DNA of 64,000 nt. Origin: Lytechinus pictus (Eukaryota). The notes under the pieces are model-generated. The model was not told where the DNA came from and made no database searches. It saw only the letters and a list, made by a program, of their open reading frames with translations. Every line of letters begins with the position of its first letter. The first letter of the stretch is position 1. Below are positions 11,077 through 24,014 of this stretch, piece after piece. Made by a program: the position numbers and the translations under genes. The stretch spans positions 24,368,001-24,432,000 of the forward strand of contig NC_087250.1 of assembly GCF_037042905.1 (NCBI RefSeq), read 5' to 3'.

Positions 11077-14000
11077 ATGGCACCAGATATATCATCAAAC
11101 ATACAGCGCAGCGTTCGGGACTGGTGAGTGGTACGGCTCGCTTGGAGTTTTCGCCCCGACGAATTTGGCGAAAACGTTACCATTGCGCCGTGCGAATGTT
11201 CAATCTACGGCTCTCAATCAGAGACTTGAATGTCTCTTTTCGCATTATCGAAAATGTATCATAGTCATTGTTTGATTTGTTTACAAGTAAGTTGCATATC
11301 CGTCGTGATAATTAGGAAAATCCACAATGTCTTCTTCTAATTCTGTAACAATTACGTCTTCAAAGTGCCTGTGTCAGAAAATTGCCTAAAATTTCTCTTT
11401 TTGAAAGTTCATCCATGGTCTGGAAATTTTTTTTATAACTTATGTAGACATGTACCGGGAACAAATGCATCCTCGATCACTGAAATAAAGTATTTGCTAA
11501 GATTTTTTATCTCAGGCCGCGTTATCATGGCAACTTGGAAAAATCCTTATTTTTTTAGAATAAAATTCTGGTTTTAAGGGTCATTTTAGAGACATAAAAC
11601 TTACCCTATTTTGAAGTATTGGGTTTAAATTTCACATAAAACTGAATTATCTATGTTTATACTTTCGTATATGAATATTCATATTTCTTGTAGAATCTTA
11701 GTTTTTGATTGGTCAATGTTTCAGTCACGGCTATATGACTGAGTGTAAAAAAATCTGAAAATGCGCTATGCACGTACGTGGCGTAGATACTAACATTTCT
11801 ACGGCGAGTAGCATTTCCCCCCGCATTTCCCCGAGGGATACCATGAATACCATGCGCGACAAAAAAAAACACCAAAAAAATACTAAAATGTTTTATAAAG
11901 GATGTACTTTTTGCCCCAGGAGTCAACACTACGTGTTTAGAGTACGATTTGCGCGAGATGGTGTTGTACTAAAATGTAGGTAAAAGTAAAACCGACGTCT
12001 GTGACATAACAATAAAAATATCGCTGTACTTGTTTAGGGGATCAATTCAGGGAATACTTGGCAAGAGTATCGTTTTGTTGCCAATACTTGTTAAGGGTAG
12101 GGTTTTACACGCCAATACTTGTTAAGGGGTGCATTTTCAGAATATGGAAAATACGTGTTTAGGGTGCTTTTCGAGACCCCATGGTCGCGCATGGTATCCA
12201 CTCGTCAATGGAAGTGCCCCCTCCCCCCCCCCGGGCAACCAATGTAATTCAACTGACATTTAATTAAAATTAAGGCCGTCTTTGCCCCCCCCCCCGGCCC
12301 TTCTGGTCCCCTATGATGATCAAAAAGCCTTTGCTCTGAGGCATAATGCAAGTTATGATTTAATTTAATCAAATATTAGATGACCGTCCACCAACAAAAA
12401 ATAGGTGATTTGAAAAAAAAAAACACGAAAAATCAAACGCATAACACTTTTATCAAAATCGGATGTAACATAAGAAAGTTATGACATTTTAAACTTTTGC
12501 TCAATTTTACAAAATAGTCATCCTGATCGGTAAGCGAATAAGGGAAGCTGATCGCATCACCTATTCGTGGTTTATTTTCATTTTTTGTAAGAAATGGTTT
12601 AGGCCTATTAAACAAAAATCGTTTGCGTCCCACTAAAGGCCAAATTACAGATTTTCATCCAAAAGAGGAATTAGACCTGCATCGAAATTACATGAAAACA
12701 CAAAATAATCAAATACGGTCACACAGGCCATTTTGTGTGAAATGTTCAACATTTTTTATCATGGTCACAATCATGACAATGTGAATCGAATCCGGAAAAA
12801 ACATGTCGATCATCGTTTGAACATGTTGTGGCTCGGCCGAATAGGTCACTATTGTAAAATCTGTAGAGACTGAAGTAAACATGATAGTCAGTTAGAGACC
12901 TTATCGACTGTTTCATTTGTATCACTGAGTTGTGCACATAACTGTCTTCTGGAAAACAAGCAATTTTAAATTTCTTTTACATCTAATAATATGAATGAAA
13001 TTATCATCGCTTATGCTTGCATGATTTTTCTCTTTTGATAAAAATCATTTTTTCTGGGGTGCTACATCCGCCTTATCATCCGATTCCTTTATCTTTCTCT
13101 CTTCTTTTTTTCATCATCATCTTCTTCCTCCTCCTCTTCTTTTTTCACTCTCATCCCTTTTCTCCCCCCCTCTCTCTCTCTCGTTTTCCTTTTGCTCTTC
13201 TTTTGGGGGGGGGGGGGGGGGGGGGGGGCTTGGTGCTGTTGCCCCATTACCCGAGGGGGAAACAAGACAAATGAATGCAATGAAACTAGATTTTAATTCG
13301 TCATGAGGACGAATTAGGTGGTCTGTCATGATTTTTCATTCAGTGTCGGCTAATGTTGTATGAAATGAATCATTTAGATATGATTGATAATCTTGATCAT
13401 AGACATCATAGGAATGCATTTTGACCATTGCTAAATGTGATTATTAATGTGGTGATGACAACCGTGATGATTATAATGATGGTGGTGATAATGCAATACG
13501 GTAAATACAAAATTAAGTTTGGAGCACGTAAAATGCCTTAAAAACTCCTCAAAAATTTCAGACGATTTACCGAAATTGGCTTTCCAAAATTGCGCAATAA
13601 AAGGCGCCTTCATTTTCAGAGCAGTTAATTTTTAATGGACAGTTTCATATTTTTTATGCAAAATCTTTTTAAAATTTCTTTCTACTGTCAGCAATTTTTC
13701 TTTTAAGATTTCAAGCAAGAATTTCCACAATGTCAGTGGGTATCAATTTCACATTCAAAAATCCAGGATTTTCCGCAAAATGTCTAGAATGAAATTAATC
13801 AACCAAATAGCGTTTCAATGCATAAATGATGTTTTACAATGTTAAAACTACATCTTAAAAAGTTCCGGCAATATTAAAAAAAATGTCCTACATAAAAAAA
13901 CGCAAAGCAAGTGGGCTTGATATTTTCAGCAAGACCGTACAATTGATTAATAAAGCATTTTCATAAAAAAATTCTCAAAAATTAGGTCCAGAAAAAATTT

Positions 14001-14910
14001 ACAAAAACTTAAACAGGTAATAACACACTAATGCTGTGGTTGAAAGTGAAAATCATTCACACATTATTTGTAGAGGATTGTTTTCACTACATCATATCAA
14101 AATTTGAGAGAAGATTGACTAGTAATAACGAAGATATGGTCAAGTACGTTGACGTTTGTTGCGAAAATATGTAATTTTCACTAATAACTTAAAATTGACG
14201 TAATTACAAAATCTGCAAATGATATTTTGACTATATCCAAGAGTGAGGAAAAGTAGGGGGTCAACGGACTCCCTGAAGAGCTACAGTGAATTTTATATAG
14301 GCATATTTTTGCCCATTTACGCGCGAGTAATGCAAATTTGAATGGACGCGCATTCCCGTATTATTGGTCGTAAGAGGCTGAATGAGGTATCAAATTAATC
14401 AGAAGCTAATGGACAATGGACAGACATAAAATAAATGATGACTCGAAGATGCATACCGATGGTAGGTGACCCGAAACGTACCCAAACTTGACCACGGTTG
14501 ATTTGGGGAATTTTTGAATTTTGACGCGCGCGTACGTGCGCGTCGTGACCTTTGCATGACCTCTGATGACATGTCCTGATGACCTGTCACCTGAACTTGA
14601 TATGATGCAAATATGGATGATTTTTTATGATTAGTTGCGATGATATGATCAATCATATAATTTTACAAAATGGCGCCTAGATGACGTCATCATGATTTGA
14701 TAACCTTGAAAAGTTTCGTTTCACGATTCCATAATAATTTCCATACATGACATGAAAATCAAGAAATTTTACAAGCCCGATTTTGAGATAAAGTGGGAAC
14801 AAAATTTGGCAATAAAAATAAATAAAGTAAATTCTGACGAATATAATAGGTGATCTGTCATATTCATGACAGACCACCTAAAAAGGAAAAAAAAAAAAAA
14901 AAAAAAAAAA

Positions 14911-14982
14911 AGGCAGGCAAGGTTTGAACCACCGACCCCTGCTTTACTAGTCAGGTGCGTTATCCAGTCGACCACAATGTTT
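14911..14982 (-). pseudogene. Degenerate tRNA-Thr(AGT)-derived sequence followed by a long T run
   Basis: A box TGGTCGACTGG, anticodon arm CCTGA-CTAGTAA-AGCAGG, B box GGTTCAAACC; acceptor stem does not pair. Confidence 0.6.
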
Positions 14983-16078
14983 CCGACAGACGGCAAATGC
15001 AAAACAGGAAACATATTGTCAATGTAAATTTTTGCAAGTAGAAAATTGGCATGATGACAAACCTCTACAAGTTCTAGTTTTGAGAATAGCACAAGCTTTA
15101 AAATGATACAATGGACATATTGTCTAAAGGGTACATTCTAAGCTAAAACATATTGAAAATTTGGCGAGAAAAGACCAATATTTACGGAATTAGAATCAAT
15201 TTACATGAGTGTGGTGACATCATGAAACAGAAAACGTTAATTTTTAGTTCCGACGCCATTTTGATGACGTCACGATGTTTTTAAGGGTCAAATGTGGCAT
15301 GAAATCATATTTCCTATTCATACTCTATTCGAATAGGAAAAAAAAAATGGGGGTCAACGGACTCCCTGAAGAGTCACAGTGAATATTATATAGGCATATT
15401 TTTGCCCACTTATGACTTATTTTGCGAGTTTGCACGCGCGTGTAATGCAAATTTGAATGGACGCGCATTCCCGTATTATTGGTCGTAAGAGGCTGAATGA
15501 GGTATCAAATTAATCAGAAGCTAATGGACAATGGACAGACATAAAATAAATGATGACTCGAAGATGCATACCGATGGTAGGTGCAAGAACGCGCACGCAT
15601 ACCTGTGCGCGCGCAAATTCTTGACATGCTCAAAATGACCCGAAACGTACCCAAACTTGACCACGGTTGATTTGGGGAATTTTTGAATTTTGACGCGCGC
15701 GTACGTGCGCGTCGTGACCTTTGCATGACCTCTGATGACATGTCCTGATGACCTGTCACCTGAACTTGATATGATGCAAATATGGATGATTTTTTTATGA
15801 TTAGTTGCGATGATATGATCAATCATATAATTTTACAAAATGGCGCCTAGATGACGTCATCATGATTTGATAACCTTGAAAAGTTTCGTTTCACGATTCC
15901 ATAATAATTTCCATACATGACATGAAAATCAAGAAATTTGACAAGCCCGATTTTGAGATAAAGTGGGAACAAAATTTGGCAATAAAAATAAATAAAGTAA
16001 ATTCTGACGAATATAATAGGTGATCTGTCATATTCATGACAGACCACCTAAAAAGGAAAAAAAAAAAAAAAAAAAAAA

Positions 16079-16150
16079 AGGCAGGCAAGGTTTGAACCAC
16101 CGACCCCTGCTTTACTAGTCAGGTGCGTTATCCAGTCGACCACAATGTTT
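16079..16150 (-). pseudogene. Second copy of the tRNA-Thr(AGT)-derived sequence
   Basis: Identical to 14911-14982, offset 1168. Confidence 0.6.
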
Positions 16151-18656
16151 CCGACAGACGGCAAATGCAAAACAGGAAACATATTGTCAATGTAAATTTT
16201 TGCAAGTAGAAAATTGGCATGATGACAAACCTCTACAAGTTCTAGTTTTGAGAATAGCACAAGCTTTAAAATGATACAATGGACATATTGTCTAAAGGGT
16301 ACATTCTAAGCTAAAACATATTGAAAATTTGGCGAGAAAAGACCAATATTTACGGAATTAGAATCAATTTACATGAGTGTGGTGACATCATGAAACAGAA
16401 AACGTTAATTTTTAGTTCCGACGCCATTTTGATGACGTCACGATGTTTTTAAGGGTCAAATGTGGCATGAAATCATATTTCCTATTCATACTCTATTCGA
16501 ATAGGAAAAAAAAAATGGGGGTCAACGGACTCCCTGAAGAGTCACAGTGAATATTATATAGGCATATTTTTGCCCACTTATGACTTATTTTGCGAGTTTG
16601 CACGCGCGTGTAATGCAAATTTGAATGGACGCGCATTCCCGTATTATTGGTCGTAAGAGGCTGAATGAGGTATCAAATTAATCAGAAGCTAATGGACAAT
16701 GGACAGACATAAAATAAATGATGACTCGAAGATGCATACCGATGGTAGGTGCAAGAACGCGCACGCATACCTGTGCGCGCGCAAATTCTTGACATGCTCA
16801 AAATGACCCGAAACGTACCCAAACTTGACCACGGTTGATTTGGGGAATTTTTGAATTTTGACGCGCGCGTACGTGCGCGTCGTGACCTTTGCATCACCTC
16901 TGATGACATGTCCTGATGACCTGTCACCTGAACTTGATATGATGCAAATATGGATGATTTTTTATGATTAGTTGCGATGATATGATCAATCATATAATTT
17001 TACAAAATGGCGCCTAGATGACGTCATCATGATTTGATAACCTTGAAAAGTTTCGTTTCACGATTCCATAATAATTTCCATACATGACATGAAAATCAAG
17101 AAATTTGACAAGCCCGATTTTGAGATAAAGTGGGAACAAAATTTGGCAATAAAAATAAATAAAGTAAATTCTGACGAATATAATAGGTGATCTGTCATAT
17201 TCATGACAGACCACCTAAAAAGAAAACAGTTAGGCCTATACTAAGATAATGATATTTATTGCAATCTATCATGAAATTATATACAATATCGATGTGAGCA
17301 GGACTCCTTTATTATTATCATTTCTGTTGGTACAGATGATTTTTGTTTTATTCTTTACTCACCTCAATTTGTTTCATTCGGTAAACCCAGTTGTTGTGGG
17401 CCCAGACAGGTTGTGTGTCCGGACGATCACTTTTAGAAAGTCATTTGGAAAAATTTACAAGCGAAGTTTCATAAATTTTTAGTACAAAATATTAGGAAAT
17501 ATTATAAAGAACAAACAAGAACATGATTACAACTATTAAATTTATATTTTTTGTGTAATCCAAAGACAAAAAAGAAGGCTTCAAAAATATAAAGTGTCCG
17601 GACACCCGACCCCCATCCTACGTCATGGATTCAAGAGCCCACTAACCATCAGTCTCCATCTAATCAGTGCAATAATTTACAGACGAAGAGGGCGTTACAA
17701 GAAACTATTTGCAATCAGTAGCAAATATTCTGTTGCGATTTTACAACGGACAGATCTATTTCAACTGTAGCAGATCAGATCATATTCATTGTCCAAAGAA
17801 GAAAATTATCAATCAATCATAAATTTGCAATTAATGTCAAGAATTTTTGTTGATACAGGAACCGAAAACAGACATGCAATATTGATCTTGAATTTCTTGC
17901 AACGCCTCATTGGACTAGGCCTACTATTAATTTATACGAATAACAGATTTCCGTTCATCATTTATATTAATTTTTCTATTCGATTAAACCCAATCCTTAT
18001 ATCACTAATGATATTTTTAAAAACACCTTGGCTCTCTACCAGGTTATAAAAAAAAAACATTTTGAATCGCAAAATTAATTTTCTCAACTTTTTAATCAAA
18101 CTGGATTAGTTAAACGTAATATTCATTTTCAGTTCTTGTATACGGCATTAGAGGATGTACACAATTCTAAGGATGTACACAATTAATTGAACACAAAATG
18201 TATCCAATTTTGAATTAGCACTGAAATAACATGGTAACATGCAATACTCAATTTTATTTTTTTAGTACTGCATTAGAAGTTATACAAGATCAGCTGCACA
18301 TAGGTGGGTTATTTTCATTTTATTTTATTTAAAAAAAAAAAAAAAAACTATATATCTCTTAACCTACATTCCTTTAAACTTACACGCGGAATTATATCCC
18401 CTATATACATGATATGATTAAAAATGAATAGGCATTATGACATATTCAAACTTTCATTGTTTTCTACAGCATTGTGATTAACATATACCTTCCTCCATAA
18501 ACCAACTTTCAAGTTTCGGTTCAAAATAATCAATTACTTTCCCCACTTTCATCATCTTGGCAGATTTTGTTAAAAATATAATGGAAACAAAAAATAATAT
18601 TGTACACAAAGGAAAATTCACAATTTTGGTCATGACTATTGTCATAATAAATCCTG

Positions 18657-18895
18657 CACTGTAAAAACTGTGGTGTTAAAACTGACACCAATTGGTGTTA
18701 ATAGAGGACCACACCCTGAGGTGTTAAAATAACACCCTAGAGATTGAACATGACACCAAAGAGTGTAATTGTAACAACCATAGGTGTTGTAATAACACCT
18801 ATAGGTGTAAAACTAACACCACAAATTTAACACCGGTGTAAAATAACTGATGTGGTCCTCTATTTACACCGGTTAACACCACAGTTTTTGCTGTG
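18657..18895. mobile_element. CACTG-type (CMC/EnSpm-like) MITE with 2-bp TSD TG
   Basis: CACTGTAAAAACTGTGGTGTTAA...TTAACACCACAGTTTTTGCTGTG. Confidence 0.75.
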
Positions 18896-19183
18896 TGTAA
18901 TTCATAATTATATCCAAGAAAACCAATACGATTTGAATATTAAAGAAGATGTGAACCAATAGCACTATCTCGAGTCCTCAACTACTCATACCTGGCCAGT
19001 TTCCTGACCCATAATGCTAGTATAGGCTAATAATATAGACCCACTTGAATGATAACATGCCAATTAAGTACTCAGTATATTATACCGCAATAATTGTGTT
19101 ACCAAGCAAAAAAAAAAAAAAAACATTTTAGTTTCTCTATACAAATACAATTATAGGTCAATTTATTTTCTGTAGTATTCGTA

Positions 19184-19420
19184 CACAGCAAAAACTTTGG
19201 TGTTAACCGGTGTACATAGAGGACCACACCAGTTATTTTACATCGGTGTTAAATTGGTGGTGTTAGTTTTACACCTATAGGTGTTATTACAACATCTTTT
19301 TTGTTACATTTACATTCTTTGGTGTTATGTTTAATCTCTATGGTGTAATTTTAACACCTCATGGTGTGTTCCTCTATTAACACCAATTGGTGTCAGTTCT
19401 AACACCGCAGTTTTACAGTG
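19184..19420. mobile_element. Second copy of the same MITE, inverted, with 2-bp TSD TA
   Basis: Reverse-complement match to 18657-18895. Confidence 0.75.
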
Positions 19421-20169
19421 TAGAAATCTGAAAACGTATATTTCAAGACTATGTATTTATAACACACAGTCAATGAGAGACCACACACAGTTCACTCCCC
19501 CTTTGAGTCTATAATACAACTGGTGTGAAATATATCCACACCAAACCTAGAAAAAAAATATCTTGACAGATAGAGATGGTAGCTCTACCAAAAAGGCTGT
19601 TGCAATTACATAGTTGCATTTTACTAAAAAAAAAACCCTACATAGATTAATATACTTATTGTACAAAATGTATCTTATAATTTCAAAATGTTAAAATAAT
19701 GCGCTGTAAGTTTGTATTTCTGATAAGCCAAAACAAATACATGTAAAGAGCTTGAACAATCTTCAAATACCGTGAGACTGTTGAAGTCCTATATACATGA
19801 TATAAGCCTACTGTTTTGTAAGTTTGTATTTCTCATAAGCCAAAAAAATACATGTAAAGAGCTTGATCAATCTTCAAATACCGTGAGACTGTTGAAACCC
19901 TATAGCCTACTGTTTTGTCCCCCCCCCCTCCCCTTCCACGAGATGAACATTTTCTTTCTTTGAAGTTTTAGTTCATAGCCTACATAGTAGTAACAATGCA
20001 TGGAATTGTGAGAACAAAATATTTGTTTTGTCAAAACGTTGAGCACTGTACAAAAGAATGTAAATGGTGACATTCGGAACGGTTTTACTCAAGTAGTATC
20101 ACGTCTTAAAGCCTTGTCAATACTTGGTAACACACAATCATAATAAAAAGAAGAATATGAAACATGTGC

Positions 20170-23100
20170 TAAATGTACATAGGCCTATTATGAGAGCCCA
20201 TGTATTCATAAGGTAAATATTTAGGCCAGTGTTATGATATGATACAAGAATAAGTACTGTAAAGCCTGTAATACTCATTAAATATTTACATTTTCACACA
20301 TTGAAAATTAATATGCATTTCAGGCATAGTAACTTTATCACGTTCAACGTTGATATTTTGTTGTAAGTATTGCAAGTGCCTTTTTTATGTTTAAATTTTG
20401 CGAATATTGACAGACTTTGACTGTAAAGATATCCAGAGCCATTAACAAAGGAAATTCGAAGTATAGTCATTATGAATATTGATTCAAGTATGGCTTTTTT
20501 TTACTCAGTGGCCATGCGAATTCATTCACCTTCTACGAAAAATATGTGTAATAAGAAAACAAAACATCCAAATCTAAATAACTGCTGTACACATTAATGC
20601 TCTTATGAGCCCAAAAGAAAAGGCATAAAAAGGCACAAAAAAGCTGGAAAGGTTTATGTTTATCACAATAATCATTAAAAACAAACGCTTTATACAATAC
20701 TCTTTTTGCATGTCCTGCGACTCTAATGACTGAAAGTTTTGTGAGAAGTCAAAATTGCATATGGATATAGGCCTCGTTCCTGTTGACAAACCTTATTGTT
20801 ATTTCGATTTTTTTACACCTAAATACTGGAATTCTGTGTAATTTTTCAAGTAAATGAAATGTCTTTGAATAATAATTGCCATACATTATGTTATCAACAA
20901 ACGTGTAATTACAATGCATACCATGGTTGATGAAACGTCTTAAAATATATGCATGAAAGATTAATTATTCATTATGACCCTTATTTCTCTTTCTGTATCA
21001 AGCCTTTTTAAATACAAGTGTTTCTCGATTTATACATGTACAAAACATTCATCTGTTACCGAGACACATTCATACAACATACATGACATAGGAAACAAGA
21101 ATGCCTAATATACAAAATATATAGAGAAAGTCAATCAAGATATTGATTAAATTAGTTTTGTTCGCTAAGATACTTAAGCCTAAAATTCTGCTTAAATGGA
21201 TTTGAAATGCGGTACTTTCTAGCATCGAAGTTACTGCACATATCTTATTCATGTTAACAGGACCATGATACAAACACGTACAGTTGAGGCCGAAAGTTTA
21301 CATACACCCATGGAATTCAGTGAAATTCGTTCGTTTGCCAAACATCGTAAACTTTATTATATCTTCAGAAATATAAATACTACCATGACAAATTTGGTGT
21401 CAAATGAAAAAGCATATGACGCTCTTTCACATGATTAAGATGCCACTGGGATTAAAGTAAATTTTAGGTGGATTTTTTTTGGAAAGAAAAAAGTAATATT
21501 TGTGTCAAATGTATTCTATTGTTTGTTATTACATTTTCAAACATCGTTTCATAGAAATATATAAATGTCAAATCTATGATTTATATTAATTTTTCTATCA
21601 TGATATGTCACCACTGAACAAAAAATGTAATCTGAAATGTTTGTGGTCAGAAGTAACTAGCACAAATATGAAATGTTTTTGTCAAGTTTTTTTTGTTTAA
21701 TTGTCTAAAATATGAAGATTTTTGGGGGAAAAATGACACCTAAATATTTTTCAGCTCCTGATGACAAAGCAATGTGATGAAGTGGCATGACATACTCATT
21801 TGCTTGATATCAAATTTGTCATGATAGCACAAATATTTTATAAGATACAGTAAGTTTTATGATGTTTGGCAATTGTCAACTTTTTAAAGAATTTCCTGGG
21901 TGTATGTAAACTTCTAGCCTCATAGCTTTTTATGAGAGGCCATGTATTCATAAGGTTAAACATTTAGGCCAGTGTAATGATATGATACAAAAATAAGTAC
22001 TGTGGGTCTATAATATTGACATTTTTACATATTAAAATGAATATGCATTTCAGGCATAGCAGCTTCATCACATTCATCGTTGATATTTTGTTGTAAGTAT
22101 TGCAAGTGCATGACGTTCTTTCAAAATCTTTAACTTTGCGAATATTGACAGACTTTGACTGTAAAAATATCCAGTGCCATTAACAACGAAAATTTAAAGA
22201 CAGTATAGTCATGAATATTGATTCAAGTATGGCTTTTTTACTCAGTGGCCATACGAATTCATCCACATTCTACGAAAAATATGTGTAATGAGAAAACAAA
22301 GCATTTAAATCTGAATAACTGCTGTACACATTATTGCTCTCATGAGCTCAAAAGAAAAGGCATAAAAAGCAACAATAAAGCTGGAAAGATTTATGTCATC
22401 ATAATAATATTGAAAACAAACACTTTATACAATATTCTTTTGCATGCCCTGCGACTCTCATGACTGAAAGTTTTGTGAGAAGTCACAATTGCATATGGAT
22501 AAAGGCCTCGTTCCTGTTAACAAACCTTATTGTTATTTCGATTTTTTTTTTACACCTAAATACTGGAATTCTGTGTATTTTTTCAAGTAAATAAAAAGTC
22601 TTTTGAATAATAGTTGCCATACATTATGTTATCTACAAACATGTAATTACAATGTATACCATGGTTGATGAAACGTCTTAAAATATATGCATGAAAGATT
22701 AATTATTCATTATGACCCTTATTTCTCTTTCTGTATCAAGCCTTTTTAAATACAAGTGTTTCTCGATTTATACATGTACAAAACATTCATCTGTTACCGA
22801 GACACATTCATACAACATACATGACATAGGAAACAAGAATGCCTAATATACAAAATATATAGAGAAAGTCAATCAAGATATTGATTAAATTAGTTTTGTT
22901 CGCTAAGATACTTAAACCTAAAATTATGTTTCAATTATGGATTTGAAATACTGTACATTCTAGCATCGAAATGAAGTTACTGCACACATCTCATTCATGT
23001 TAACAGGACCATGCTGAAAACACGTATGAATAGGCCTATTGTGAGAGGCCATGTATTCATAAGATTATACATTTAGGCCAGTGTAATGATATCATACAAA

Positions 23101-23220
23101 AATAAGTACTGTGGGTCTATAATATTGACATTTTTACATATTAAAATGAATATACAATTCAGGCATAGCAGCTCCATCACGTTCAACGTTGATATATTGT
23201 TGTAAGTATTGCAAGTGACT
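20170..23220. repeat. Local duplication of an AT-rich unit of about 1.1 kb (two copies plus a partial third)
   Basis: 20180-21280 matches 21930-23027; the unit start recurs at about 23030-23217. Confidence 0.85.
21281..21925. mobile_element. Tc1-type MITE with Sleeping Beauty-like termini
   Basis: TA|CAGTTGAGGCCGAAAGTTTACATACACCC ... GGGTGTATGTAAACTTCTAGCCTCA; right end degraded. Confidence 0.7.
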
Positions 23221-24014
23221 ATCTGCCATAATATTATTCAACCTGTTAATTTAAACATCTTTTTTTCTCACTATCGATGATTTAGAACCCCCTTCTTTAC
23301 ACAAGACTTTACCCCTCCCCTCAATTTGTTTTATATGTTGTGTAATAAATTGGACACGAGACCGCCCATCTCATTCATCAGTGGAATAATTTGCAGACTT
23401 AGACTACCAATATTTCTGCAGAAGAAATAGTTTTTCTGTTCATAATTTTCATTTATTTAATTGAATTCAATCCAATCTCTATTTTATTAATGAAATAAAA
23501 TAAAACAACATACATTGATAAAGGTTGATAAAATATTAAAGGGGTGGCTTCCAAATAGGGTATAAAAACATTGATCGATGAAAGAATATAAACTGCACAT
23601 AAATTCTTTTTTTTTTTATCAGCGCTTAATAATGTGTACATGTTATATTCAATTTCAATTGTTAGTACCAGGCCTTAATTAGAAGTTTCGTACTTAGAAT
23701 GGCACGAATGCATGATAAACTGCATATAAATGGGTATATCATGATAAATCATTCAATCCGAGAAAGCCAACGCAATTTCAATATTAAGTCTATAAAAAAA
23801 TGACATCTTATCTTTTCTAACAGTATTTAGTTCTTGGCACTTCGACACTCATCCAAACTCTAATTCTTTCTTTTTTTGTGCGCCGCGGAATAGAATAATT
23901 TCTAAATAGATGGCGCCATTAAAATGCTTATAATTATCATTATTTTCACCAATGGAAAATAGCTCTGAGCCTATATTTTTTCTTTAAAACATAGTGGATA
24001 TTATGTACCCTATA

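Larger units (their letters stand above)
13285..17219 (-). mobile_element. DINE-1/HINE-type non-autonomous Helentron with a triplicated 5' block
   Basis: On the - strand: 5' subTIR TAGGTGGTCTGTCATGA plus partial inverted repeat ATGACAGATCACCTA; 3' subTIR followed by stem-loop TAATTCGTC-CTCAT-GACGAATTA and a CTAGT end. A related 3' end is at about 45133-45170. Confidence 0.65.
14255..17219. repeat. Near-identical tandem repeat, unit about 1168 bp, about 2.5 copies
   Basis: Identical ORFs at 14677, 15847 and 17014; units differ by homopolymer lengths, a few substitutions and two deletions in the leftmost copy. Confidence 0.95.

Noticed and set aside
11078..11290. Selenoprotein-like ORF with in-frame TGA, or a first exon
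   Set aside because: No selenoprotein motif or SECIS recognised. GTGAGT and GTAAGT donor-like sites exist, but no downstream exon could be linked.
14262..14292. Second hammerhead at CTGAAGAG (also CTGATGA at about 14563)
   Set aside because: No stem II-GAAA or NUH arrangement follows.
14911..14982. Functional tRNA-Thr gene
   Set aside because: Acceptor and T stems do not pair and the anticodon stem is disrupted.
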